From positions 1-28,348 of the forward strand of contig CAYVNL010000065.1 of NCBI GenBank assembly GCA_964452925.1: 28,348 nt of DNA, written 5' to 3'. The stretch is from an uncultured Candidatus Saccharibacteria bacterium (GTDB lineage: Bacteria; Patescibacteriota; Minisyncoccia; Minisyncoccales; CSSED10-335). Of this stretch, positions 15,251 through 25,288 are shown piece by piece. Made by a program: the position numbers and the translations under genes. The number at the start of each line of letters is the position of its first letter. Position 1 is the stretch's first letter. The notes beneath the pieces were generated by a model. That model did no database searches. It saw nothing but the letters and a program-made list of their open reading frames with translations, and was not told the origin of the DNA.

Positions 15251-15279
15251 TTGATTAAAAGGCTTAATTAAGATAAAAT
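15251..15279 (+). promoter_or_regulatory. Promoter of gyrB
   Basis: TTGATT (15251-15256), 17 nt, TAAAAT (15274-15279); palindrome CTTAATTAAG in the spacer (15263-15272). Confidence 0.72.
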
Positions 15280-15292
15280 AAGATTGTAATAA

Positions 15293-17260
<1,968 letters not shown>

Positions 17261-17289
17261 TTGACAATAGACGGTTCTTTGGTTATTAT
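17261..17289 (+). promoter_or_regulatory. Promoter for secE-nusG-rplK and downstream genes
   Basis: TTGACA (17261-17266), 17 nt, TATTAT (17284-17289), immediately after the gyrB stop. Confidence 0.75.
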
Positions 17290-17320
17290 CATCATGAAAG
17301 AATCAGTTAAATATATTTAC

Positions 17321-17518
17321 ATGAATAAAAATAAAGGAAAAAATAAGTTAACAAATTACCTAAAAGAAGTTCGTCAGGAGATAAAAAAGGTAAGTTGGCC
17401 GACAAAGAAAGAGGCGTTTAACTATACAATGATAGTTCTTGGTATTTCTATTACTATAGCAACTATACTGGGAACATTTGATTATGTCTTAATAAACCTT
17501 CTCAAGAATATATACTAA
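17321..17518 (+). CDS. secE: Preprotein translocase SecE (single TM); start revised from the ORF-track TTG at 17261
   Basis: YLKEVRQEIKKVSWPTKKE followed by one TM helix with FD; upstream of nusG. The 17261 TTG is the -35 box. Confidence 0.92.
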   Translation: MNKNKGKNKLTNYLKEVRQEIKKVSWPTKKEAFNYTMIVLGISITIATILGTFDYVLINLLKNIY

Positions 17519-17521
17519 TTT

Positions 17522-18067
17522 ATGTCAAAACAAAAACTTCTACAAGAAAAAAGATGGTATGTTATACATACTTATTCTGGATATGAAGAGGCGGTTGCAA
17601 AAAATTTGAGGCAAAGATCAGAATCTTTAGGAATGGAAGAAAAAATATTTAGTGTTATTGTTCCTAAAGAAAAAAAAATTAAAATTAAAAATGGTAAAAG
17701 AAAAACTGTTGAGGAAAAAATATATCCTGGATATGTTCTTGTTGAAATGATAGTAACAGACGACTCTTGGTATGTTGTAAGAAATACTCCTAACGTTACT
17801 GGTTTTGTTGGCGCTGGAATAACACCCCTTCCACTATCTTTAAAGGAAGTTGAGGTTTTAAAGAAAAGAATGGGAGCTGATGTTGCTAAGTTTAAAATTG
17901 ATGTTAAGGTAGGGGATTCAGTTAAAATAATAGACGGACCTTTTAAAGATTTCGATGGTAGGGTTTCTGAAATTGATTCCGAGAGAGGAAAAATAAAAGT
18001 ATTAGTTAATATGTTTGGTAGAGACACTTCAGTTGAGCTAGACTCACTACAAATTAAAAAAATATAA
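17522..18067 (+). CDS. nusG: Transcription termination/antitermination factor NusG
   Basis: WYVIHTYSGYE; IYPGYVLVEM; VRNTPNVTGFVG; KOW GDSVKIIDGPF; MFGRDTSVEL. Confidence 0.98.
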   Translation: MSKQKLLQEKRWYVIHTYSGYEEAVAKNLRQRSESLGMEEKIFSVIVPKEKKIKIKNGKRKTVEEKIYPGYVLVEMIVTDDSWYVVRNTPNVTGFVGAGITPLPLSLKEVEVLKKRMGADVAKFKIDVKVGDSVKIIDGPFKDFDGRVSEIDSERGKIKVLVNMFGRDTSVELDSLQIKKI

Positions 18068-18071
18068 CATT

Positions 18072-18506
18072 ATGTCAAAACAGATAAAAAATATCTTAAA
18101 AATACAGATAGCTGCAGGTAAAGCAACTCCAGCACCACCGGTTGGGCCATCTTTGGCTCCTCATGGGATCAATATTGGTGAGTTTTGCCAAAGGTTTAAC
18201 GATCTAACCAAAGAAAAAGATGGGTTCACTATTCCTGTTAAAGTTACTATCTTTGAGGATAGGACATATGAATTAGAAATAAAAAACCCTCCAGCTTCAG
18301 AGCTTTTAAAAAAGGCAGCTGGAGTAGATAAGGGGGCAGGTAAACCAAACAAAGATCAAGTTGGTAGAATTACTAGAAATCAATTAAAAGAAGTAACTGA
18401 AAAGAAGATAGCTGATCTAAACACTGACAATATAGAGATGGCAATGAAAATCATAGAAGGAACGGCCAAGAATATGGGTATTAAAATAGAGGATAGTGAA
18501 AAATAA
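18072..18506 (+). CDS. rplK: 50S ribosomal protein L11
   Basis: AGKATPAPPVGP; FCQRFN; IPVKVTIFEDRT; PPASELLKKAAG; IEGTAKNMG. Confidence 0.98.
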   Translation: MSKQIKNILKIQIAAGKATPAPPVGPSLAPHGINIGEFCQRFNDLTKEKDGFTIPVKVTIFEDRTYELEIKNPPASELLKKAAGVDKGAGKPNKDQVGRITRNQLKEVTEKKIADLNTDNIEMAMKIIEGTAKNMGIKIEDSEK

Positions 18507-19014
18507 AAAAAACAGAAATAAAAGAATTTCGTGGGACGACGCCTTCATGGGCTTAGCTTTGATAATTTCAGAAAGAACTTCTTGTAAATTTTATGCAGTA
18601 GGTGTTGTCGCTATAGATAAAAATAAAAGAATAATTTCTCTTGGTTATAATGGATCAAGCGAAGGAGATGATCATTGTATTGATGTTGGGTGCGCTAAGG
18701 TTGATGGAGTGAATGGTGTTTATAAGCGTTGCCGGGGAATTCATGCAGAGATTAATTCAATAATAAATTCTAGTGACACTACTCGTTTAAAGGGTGCAAC
18801 GATATATACCACCCTTTTTCCTTGCTATGACTGCATGAAAGCACTTAACAATGTTGGTATAAGTGAAATTGTTTATATGGAAGAATATCAAAGAATTAAA
18901 ATTGGAGGAAAAGGTAAAGAAGAAGAAACAGAATCAATTGAATTAGCAAGAAAAAGAAAAATTAAAATTAGAAAATATAATTTAAAAGAAATAGAAATTA
19001 ATATTAAAAGATGA
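18496..19014 (+). CDS. dCMP deaminase (ComEB/DCTD family); GTG start overlapping rplK
   Basis: RISWDDAFM; SLGYNG; HAEINSI; TLFPCYDCMK (zinc motifs HAE and PCxxC intact). Confidence 0.88.
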   Translation: MKNKKNRNKRISWDDAFMGLALIISERTSCKFYAVGVVAIDKNKRIISLGYNGSSEGDDHCIDVGCAKVDGVNGVYKRCRGIHAEINSIINSSDTTRLKGATIYTTLFPCYDCMKALNNVGISEIVYMEEYQRIKIGGKGKEEETESIELARKRKIKIRKYNLKEIEINIKR

Positions 19015-19559
19015 TATTAGGAATAAAAAAAATACTTCGTTTAGTTAAAAAAAATAAGTTAGTTGAAGGTTTGTGTAATAGAGAATTGAATAATCCTGAA
19101 GGTTCAGGATTTGATTTAAGATTGGGTGAAGTTTATAAAATTGAAGGAAAAGGTTTTTTGGGCGTTGAAAATAGAAGCACTCCAAAATCTATATTAATCG
19201 CAAGAAACGAACCAGATAAAAAAGAAATAGACAATCATTTCATATTTCAACCTAATAAATATTATTTAATAAAAACAATCGAAAAAGTTAACTTACCATT
19301 AAATGTTTCGGGTATAGTTTTTCCTAGAACAACGCTTTTTAGGTCAGGAATATCATTTTTAAATGGTATAGTTCAGCCAGGATATTCTGGTGAGCTTAGT
19401 TTTGGAGTTATAAACATGAGTAACGAACCATTGAAAATATCTTTTGGTGCACGAGTTGCTCATATAACATTTCATAAAATATCTGGTAGAGGTAGTCATT
19501 ATAGAGGACAATGGCAAGGAGGAAGAGTTACGACAAAAGGATCTGAAAAGCAAGTTTAA
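19011..19559 (+). CDS. Trimeric dUTPase/dCTP-deaminase-fold protein with non-canonical catalytic motifs
   Basis: GFDLRL; PRTTLFRSG; [11 protein letters not shown]; GARVAHITF; YRGQWQGG. Confidence 0.8.
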   Translation: MILGIKKILRLVKKNKLVEGLCNRELNNPEGSGFDLRLGEVYKIEGKGFLGVENRSTPKSILIARNEPDKKEIDNHFIFQPNKYYLIKTIEKVNLPLNVSGIVFPRTTLFRSGISFLNGIVQPGYSGELSFGVINMSNEPLKISFGARVAHITFHKISGRGSHYRGQWQGGRVTTKGSEKQV

Positions 19560-19560
19560 T

Positions 19561-20550
19561 ATGAATAATAAAGAACAACAATATTTAAATATACTAAAAG
19601 ATATATTAGATAATGGCTTTGATAAGGAAATATTCCTAACGCCAGAAGTTAAAAATCAGTACCTGAAAGAAGAAAGAGAAATTCCCTATATTAGATCTGT
19701 TTTTGGTCGCCAAATAAGATTTGATTTATCTGAGGGGTTTCCATTACTAACAACAAAAAAAGTTTTTTTTAGGGGTATACTCCATGAACTTTTATGGTTT
19801 TTAAGTGGTGATTCTAATATAAAATATTTAGTTGATAACGATGTTCATATATGGGATGAATGGGCATGGAAAAGATACCATAAGCATTGTATTTTAAATT
19901 GTCCAGAAAAAGACGTTACACAAAAAGAATTTATATCAAAAATAAAAGAATTACCAGCAAAAGATAGCTTTGTTAAAGAATGGGGAGATCTAATATACTG
20001 TTATGGTCGTATGTGGAGGCGTTGGCCCGCAAGTGATAGTAGGGAAATCGATCAACTATCGTGGGTCATTGAGGGACTTAAAAACAAGCCATTTCGTAAG
20101 TCTTATGTTGTTTCGGGTTGGAATCCAGATTTTATATATTCAATGGCTTCAGAGAAAAACAAAAATGAAATACCACCCTTTTGTCACACATTGTTTCAAT
20201 TTACGGTTACGGACAAGCTTAATCTTGGAATGTATCAAAGAAGCGCAGATATGTTTTTAGGTGTACCATTCAATATAGCAAGCTATTCTCTCCTATTGTT
20301 AATGGTTGCTCAAGTAACAGGACTAGAGCCAGGCGAATTTGTTCATACATTTGGAGATGCTCATATATATTCAGATCACTTAATTCAGGTAAAAGAACAA
20401 CTATCAAGGGATCCCAAAGAATTTCCTGTAATAGAAATTAACAAGGGAATCAAAGACATCGATTTATTTAAGTTTGAAGATTTTAATTTAAAGAACTATA
20501 ATTATCATCCTCAAATAAAGGCCCCAATAACTAATGTAGGTGGATTTTAA
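19561..20550 (+). CDS. thyA: Thymidylate synthase ThyA, divergent
   Basis: [15 protein letters not shown]; ELLWFL; IWDEW; WNP; PFCH; [18 protein letters not shown]; GDAHIY. Confidence 0.93.
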   Translation: MNNKEQQYLNILKDILDNGFDKEIFLTPEVKNQYLKEEREIPYIRSVFGRQIRFDLSEGFPLLTTKKVFFRGILHELLWFLSGDSNIKYLVDNDVHIWDEWAWKRYHKHCILNCPEKDVTQKEFISKIKELPAKDSFVKEWGDLIYCYGRMWRRWPASDSREIDQLSWVIEGLKNKPFRKSYVVSGWNPDFIYSMASEKNKNEIPPFCHTLFQFTVTDKLNLGMYQRSADMFLGVPFNIASYSLLLLMVAQVTGLEPGEFVHTFGDAHIYSDHLIQVKEQLSRDPKEFPVIEINKGIKDIDLFKFEDFNLKNYNYHPQIKAPITNVGGF

Positions 20551-21042
20551 ATGAAAATATCAATAATTGCCGCAATGGCTAAAAATAGGGTAATAGGCGT
20601 TGGTAATTCGTTGCCTTGGAATTTAAAAGAAGACATGGATTACTTTAAAAAGATAACTTTAAACAAAACTGTTATAATGGGTCAAAAGACTTTTGAATCT
20701 ATTGGCAAACCATTGCCAAAAAGAAAAAATATTATTCTTACAAAAGAAAAAGATTATAGTCCAGGTGGTTGTTTTACGGCAAAATCAATAGAAGATTCTT
20801 TGAAAACGATTAACCCAGAAGAAGAAGTTATGATTATTGGTGGCGCCTCTGTTTATAAGCAATTTTTACCACTAGCAGACAAAATGTACTTAACAATTAT
20901 AGATAAAGATTTTGATGGAGATGTTTTTTTTCCAGATTTTGACTATAATGAATGGAAAGAGGTTTCAAGGGTTGATAAAGAAAACAAGAACCTTAACTTG
21001 AAGTATAGTTTTATAATTTTAAAAAAAATAAAAATCTGCTGA
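20551..21042 (+). CDS. folA: Dihydrofolate reductase
   Basis: IAAMAKNRVIG..NSLPWNLKEDMDYFK; VIMGQKTFESIGKPLPKR; IIGGASVY; GDVFFP. Confidence 0.97.
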   Translation: MKISIIAAMAKNRVIGVGNSLPWNLKEDMDYFKKITLNKTVIMGQKTFESIGKPLPKRKNIILTKEKDYSPGGCFTAKSIEDSLKTINPEEEVMIIGGASVYKQFLPLADKMYLTIIDKDFDGDVFFPDFDYNEWKEVSRVDKENKNLNLKYSFIILKKIKIC

Positions 21043-21073
21043 AATCATATTTGTATAAAGCAGAAAAAATAAT

Positions 21074-21736
21074 ATGAACAAGATTGCAAAAGTTATAGAT
21101 CACACAGATATTAGGTCAGAAGCTACAATTAAGGATATTAAAAAAAGATGTAATGAAGCTAAAAAATATTCTTTTCATGGGGTTTGTGTTAACCCTAAGT
21201 TTACATCTCTCGTTAGTAGAGAGCTAAAAGGAACCAATGTTAAAACAGTTGTATTAATAGATCCTCCAATGGGTCTTTCAAGTCATAAAGATAGGTTGAT
21301 TGCTTGCAAGAAAGCTAAAAAAGATGGAGCGGATGAGTTAGACATAGTTCTTAACATAATAGATGTAAAGTATGATCGCTATGACAAGGTTTTAAAAGAC
21401 CTAAAACCTTTATGCTCTATACTTCCAACTAAAGTAATTATAGGTTCTGGATTTCTTACAGACGAAGAAATTAAAAAAGTTTCAGTTATTGTTAAAAAAT
21501 CAGGAGCTTTTTGCATTAAAACAGCTACAACAAAAGATCCTTTAGAAAATAGAGAAATGAAAGAAAAAGTATGGCATCTTAAACTAATGAAAGAATATGC
21601 ACCAGGATTAGTAGTTAAGGCTTCTGGTAAGATAAAAACAATAAGTGACATTAAAAGATGCATAAAAGCTGGTGCTGGAATTGTAGGCACTAGTTCTGGG
21701 GTTCAAATTATGAAAGAGATTTTATCTAATAAATGA
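21074..21736 (+). CDS. deoC: Deoxyribose-phosphate aldolase-like class I aldolase, divergent
   Basis: IDHT; VCV; GADELDIV; KVII; IKT; VKASG; GTSSG. Confidence 0.85.
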   Translation: MNKIAKVIDHTDIRSEATIKDIKKRCNEAKKYSFHGVCVNPKFTSLVSRELKGTNVKTVVLIDPPMGLSSHKDRLIACKKAKKDGADELDIVLNIIDVKYDRYDKVLKDLKPLCSILPTKVIIGSGFLTDEEIKKVSVIVKKSGAFCIKTATTKDPLENREMKEKVWHLKLMKEYAPGLVVKASGKIKTISDIKRCIKAGAGIVGTSSGVQIMKEILSNK

Positions 21737-23193
21737 GTAAAACAGTAATAGGCCTAGAAATACATATTGAGTTAAATACAGAATCAAAAATGTTTTGTAG
21801 TTGTTTTAATAGTTCTAAAACAAGTAAGCCAAACGAAAATATATGTGTTGTTTGTCTAGGTTATCCAGGAACTCTTCCTGTGGCTAACAAAAAGGCGATT
21901 GAAAAAACAATAAAAGCGGGCCTTGCTCTTAATTGTAATATTCCTGAAAAATCTTTTTTTTGTAGAAAAAGTTATTTTTATCCAGACCTTCCTAAAGGGT
22001 ATCAAATAACTCAAGACGACAACCCTTTATGTCATAACGGTTTTCTATACTTAAACAAAGAAAAGATTAGAATAAGAAGGATTCATCTAGAAGAAGATGC
22101 TGGAAAGTTAATTCATCCTAAAGATAAAGAATATTCCTTGGTTGATTTTAATAGGGCAGGAGTTCCATTAATGGAGCTAGTAACTGAACCAGATATTAAG
22201 TCAGCTAAAGATGCAAGGGTTTTTGCAGAAGACTTAAGGGCCATAATGAAGTATCTTAATATATCTAATTGTGATATGGAAAAAGGAGAAATGAGAGTTG
22301 ATGCTAACGTATCGATATCCTCTAGTCCAGGCAAAATAGATGGTAATAAAGTTGAAATAAAAAACATTAATTCTTTTAAATCAATAGAAAAAGCTCTTTT
22401 ATATGAAATTAAAAGACAAAAAGAAATAATTGAAAAAAAACAAAAAGTAATAAGAGAGACTAGAGGATGGGATGATAAAAAAGAAATAACCATTCCCCAG
22501 AGAAGCAAGGAAGAAGTAGATGATTATAGGTATTTTCCAGAACCAGATTTACCAGGCATTAACTTAAAAGAAATAAATATTGAAGAAATAAAATCAACCA
22601 TACCTGAACTACCAAAAGAAAGAAAAATTCGCTTCCAAGAAAAATATAATTTAACTGAAAAAGAAATTGATTTTTTTATAACAAACAAAAAGATAGGTGA
22701 TTATTATGAAGAGGTTGTTGATACCATCAATTACTTAACGAAAGAAGGTAGTTCAAAAAAAGAAACAATAGAATGTCCTATAATTTTTAAGCTAACGTCA
22801 AATTACATACTTAATGAATCTCATTATTTTATAAAAAATATAGATGAAAAAGACTTAAAAATAAGACCAAAAAAACTTGCTGAATTTATATTTTTAATAT
22901 ATGAAAAAAAGATATCAACGAATATTGCTAAAAAGGTTATAAAAGATATGATGGTTTCTGGTAGAAATCCATCTGATATAATTAAGGATAAAAATTTTGT
23001 TGAATTAAGCGATGGATCAAAAATAGATCAGATCATAGAATCTGTTGTAAAAAATAATAGTTCAGCAGTAAAAGACTATACTATGGGAAAACAAGAATCC
23101 CTTCAATTTTTAATTGGTCAGGTTATGAAAACTACAAAAGGAAGCGCTAATCCGTTAACAGTTAAAAAAGCTTTAATAGATAAAATAAGTTAA
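21733..23193 (+). CDS. gatB: Asp/Glu-tRNA amidotransferase subunit B
   Basis: IGLEIHIEL; GYPGTLP; YFYPDLPKGYQI; HLEEDAGK; DFNRAGVPLMELVTEPD; GEMRVDANVS; EIKNINS; YRYFPEPDL. Confidence 0.98.
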   Translation: MSKTVIGLEIHIELNTESKMFCSCFNSSKTSKPNENICVVCLGYPGTLPVANKKAIEKTIKAGLALNCNIPEKSFFCRKSYFYPDLPKGYQITQDDNPLCHNGFLYLNKEKIRIRRIHLEEDAGKLIHPKDKEYSLVDFNRAGVPLMELVTEPDIKSAKDARVFAEDLRAIMKYLNISNCDMEKGEMRVDANVSISSSPGKIDGNKVEIKNINSFKSIEKALLYEIKRQKEIIEKKQKVIRETRGWDDKKEITIPQRSKEEVDDYRYFPEPDLPGINLKEINIEEIKSTIPELPKERKIRFQEKYNLTEKEIDFFITNKKIGDYYEEVVDTINYLTKEGSSKKETIECPIIFKLTSNYILNESHYFIKNIDEKDLKIRPKKLAEFIFLIYEKKISTNIAKKVIKDMMVSGRNPSDIIKDKNFVELSDGSKIDQIIESVVKNNSSAVKDYTMGKQESLQFLIGQVMKTTKGSANPLTVKKALIDKIS

Positions 23194-24074
23194 TTTAAAA
23201 ATTCTTTAACTAGCTTTTCTGCTTCAGTAAATTTTCTGATCCAAATAACATCATCTTCTTTTTTAAACCAAATCATTTGTTTTTTAGAGAACTTTATCGT
23301 ATCTTGAAAAATAAAATCAATCACCTCATTTCGAGATATTTTTTTTTGCAAATATCTAGACACCCACCTATATTCCAAACCAAAACTATCAATTTTATTC
23401 CACGACAATCCATATTTTTTTAGCTTTTTGACTTCAGATATCATTCCTTGCTTTATTCTTTTTAATAGCCTTACTTTTATTAATTTTTCAATATTTTTTC
23501 TTTTGATTCCTATTTTAAGATAATTATATTTAGGATTTTTATTTATTTTTGGAATTGGCTTGCCGGTCTCTTCTAAAATTTCAATAGCTCTTATTAGTCT
23601 TCTTCGATTATTTTTATCTATTTCCTTTGATCTTCTGGGGTCCTCTTTTTTTAATTTATTATATAGATCTTGAGTAGTCATTTTTTCAAGTTTTTTTCTT
23701 TGATTAAAACTAGGCTTAACTTTTGGTAAAGAAATACCTTCTGATAAAACTTTCATATAAAAAGCGCTGCCTCCACATAGGATGGGCAGTTTATTTTTTT
23801 TTAATATCTCCTGGATTGATTTTTCTGCTAATTTTTGATATTGAGCAACACTAAACCTTTTTCTTGGACTTGCAACACTTAACATGTGGTGTTCTATTCC
23901 ATTCATTTCTTTTTTTGTTATTTTACCACTACCAATATCCATCATTTTATATACCTGCCTAGAATCAACAGAAACAACCTCACCATTAAATTTTTTTGCT
24001 AGCCTTACAGCTAAGCTACTTTTGCCCGATGATGTTGGACCTAATATTATTAATATTTTCCTTTGAGACCCCAT
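23190..24074 (-). CDS. miaA: tRNA dimethylallyltransferase
   Basis: GPTSSGKS; DSRQVY; DIGSGK; CGGSAFY; RRLIRAIEI; GLEY; KKQMIWF. Confidence 0.96.
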   Translation of the reverse strand: MGSQRKILIILGPTSSGKSSLAVRLAKKFNGEVVSVDSRQVYKMMDIGSGKITKKEMNGIEHHMLSVASPRKRFSVAQYQKLAEKSIQEILKKNKLPILCGGSAFYMKVLSEGISLPKVKPSFNQRKKLEKMTTQDLYNKLKKEDPRRSKEIDKNNRRRLIRAIEILEETGKPIPKINKNPKYNYLKIGIKRKNIEKLIKVRLLKRIKQGMISEVKKLKKYGLSWNKIDSFGLEYRWVSRYLQKKISRNEVIDFIFQDTIKFSKKQMIWFKKEDDVIWIRKFTEAEKLVKEFLN

Positions 24075-25282
24075 GTTAATCCTTTTTCGATTTTTATTTT
24101 AACAAAATTTCCAATAATTTTTTCAGGCCCTAAAAATTTAACTGTTTTATAATTTCTTGTTTTACCATAGAGAAAACCTTTATTATCTTTTCTTTCAACC
24201 AAAACATCCAAGAAACTGCCTTCAAGTTTTAGATTTTTTTCAGTTATTATTTTTCTCAACCTTTTTTCTAAAAAATCTTTTCTTTTCTTTTTTTCTAAAA
24301 AAGAAACAGTTTCTTTAATTTTGTATGATTGTGTTCCTGGTCGGGGAGAATATTTAGAGATATAGGCCATATCAAACTTTAGAAGACTAAAGAGGTCTAC
24401 GGTTTTTTTAAAATTTTTATTTGTTTCTCCAGGGAAACCAACTATTATATCGGTTGAAAGAAACGCACCAGGTATTTCTTTTCTTATTTTTATAGCTGTT
24501 TTCTTATACTCAGATATTGTATAAGGTCTATTCATTTTTTTTAATATTTCACCATCACCAGACTGAACAGGCAAGTTTATGTATTCGGTTATTTTTTTAG
24601 AATTTTTTATTGTATCAATAAGTTTCTGATTAAAATCTTTTGGATGAGAACTTAAAAATCTAATCCAAAAATCACCTTTAATTTTATCTACCATAGATAT
24701 TAAGTCAGAGAAATCAATTTCATTGTCTTTGTATGAATTAACGTTTTGACCGAGTATCCAAAGCTCTTTAAATCCATCGTTTATAGCATCTGAACACTCT
24801 TTTAAAAGGTTTTTTGCTGGCCTATAATATTCTCTGCCTTTTGTATATGGAACCGCACAGTAAGTGCAAAAATTATTACAACCAGTCATGGCTAATATTA
24901 ATGCCGAAAAAAAACTATCTCTTTTTGGGTTTATAGAAAAATAGTTTTTAGATTTTAAAACTTTTTTATTTTGAATTATTTTTGGCCACTTTGGTAGATC
25001 GTTTATATCTAGGATTAAATCAGAATTTTTTGATATTATCTTTCTATCTCTTTCTAAAATACAACCAGTTGCAATAGTTTTTACTTTTGATGATTTTAAT
25101 TTTTTTAATTTAGATAAAGACTTATCTACAGCCGACTGTCTTATAGAACAAAAATTAACAATAGCTATGTCCGGATTTTCTTCATTTTTAATGTAGCCAA
25201 TATTTTCTAGTGTTGCAGCTATCCTTTCACTATCAGAAACATTTCCTTGACAACCATAAGTTGTGATACTGTACTTTTTCAT
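24050..25282 (-). CDS. miaB: tRNA methylthiotransferase (radical SAM) with TRAM domain
   Basis: TYGCQ.N; NFCSIR; TGC; GCNNFCTYC.VPY; GQNVNSY; LPVQSGD; TDIIVGFPGET; YSPRPGT. Confidence 0.94.
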   Translation of the reverse strand: MKKYSITTYGCQGNVSDSERIAATLENIGYIKNEENPDIAIVNFCSIRQSAVDKSLSKLKKLKSSKVKTIATGCILERDRKIISKNSDLILDINDLPKWPKIIQNKKVLKSKNYFSINPKRDSFFSALILAMTGCNNFCTYCAVPYTKGREYYRPAKNLLKECSDAINDGFKELWILGQNVNSYKDNEIDFSDLISMVDKIKGDFWIRFLSSHPKDFNQKLIDTIKNSKKITEYINLPVQSGDGEILKKMNRPYTISEYKKTAIKIRKEIPGAFLSTDIIVGFPGETNKNFKKTVDLFSLLKFDMAYISKYSPRPGTQSYKIKETVSFLEKKKRKDFLEKRLRKIITEKNLKLEGSFLDVLVERKDNKGFLYGKTRNYKTVKFLGPEKIIGNFVKIKIEKGLTWGLKGKY

Positions 25283-25288
25283 TTATTA

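Noticed and set aside
17261-17320. N-terminally extended SecE from TTG 17261 or ATG 17294
   Set aside because: These codons lie within or just upstream of the predicted start site of a near-consensus promoter; ATG 17321 gives a normal-length SecE.
21035-21064. TCTGCT...AGCAGA inverted repeat between folA and deoC
   Set aside because: Only 6 bp with an 18-nt loop and no T tract; too weak to call a terminator or regulatory RNA.
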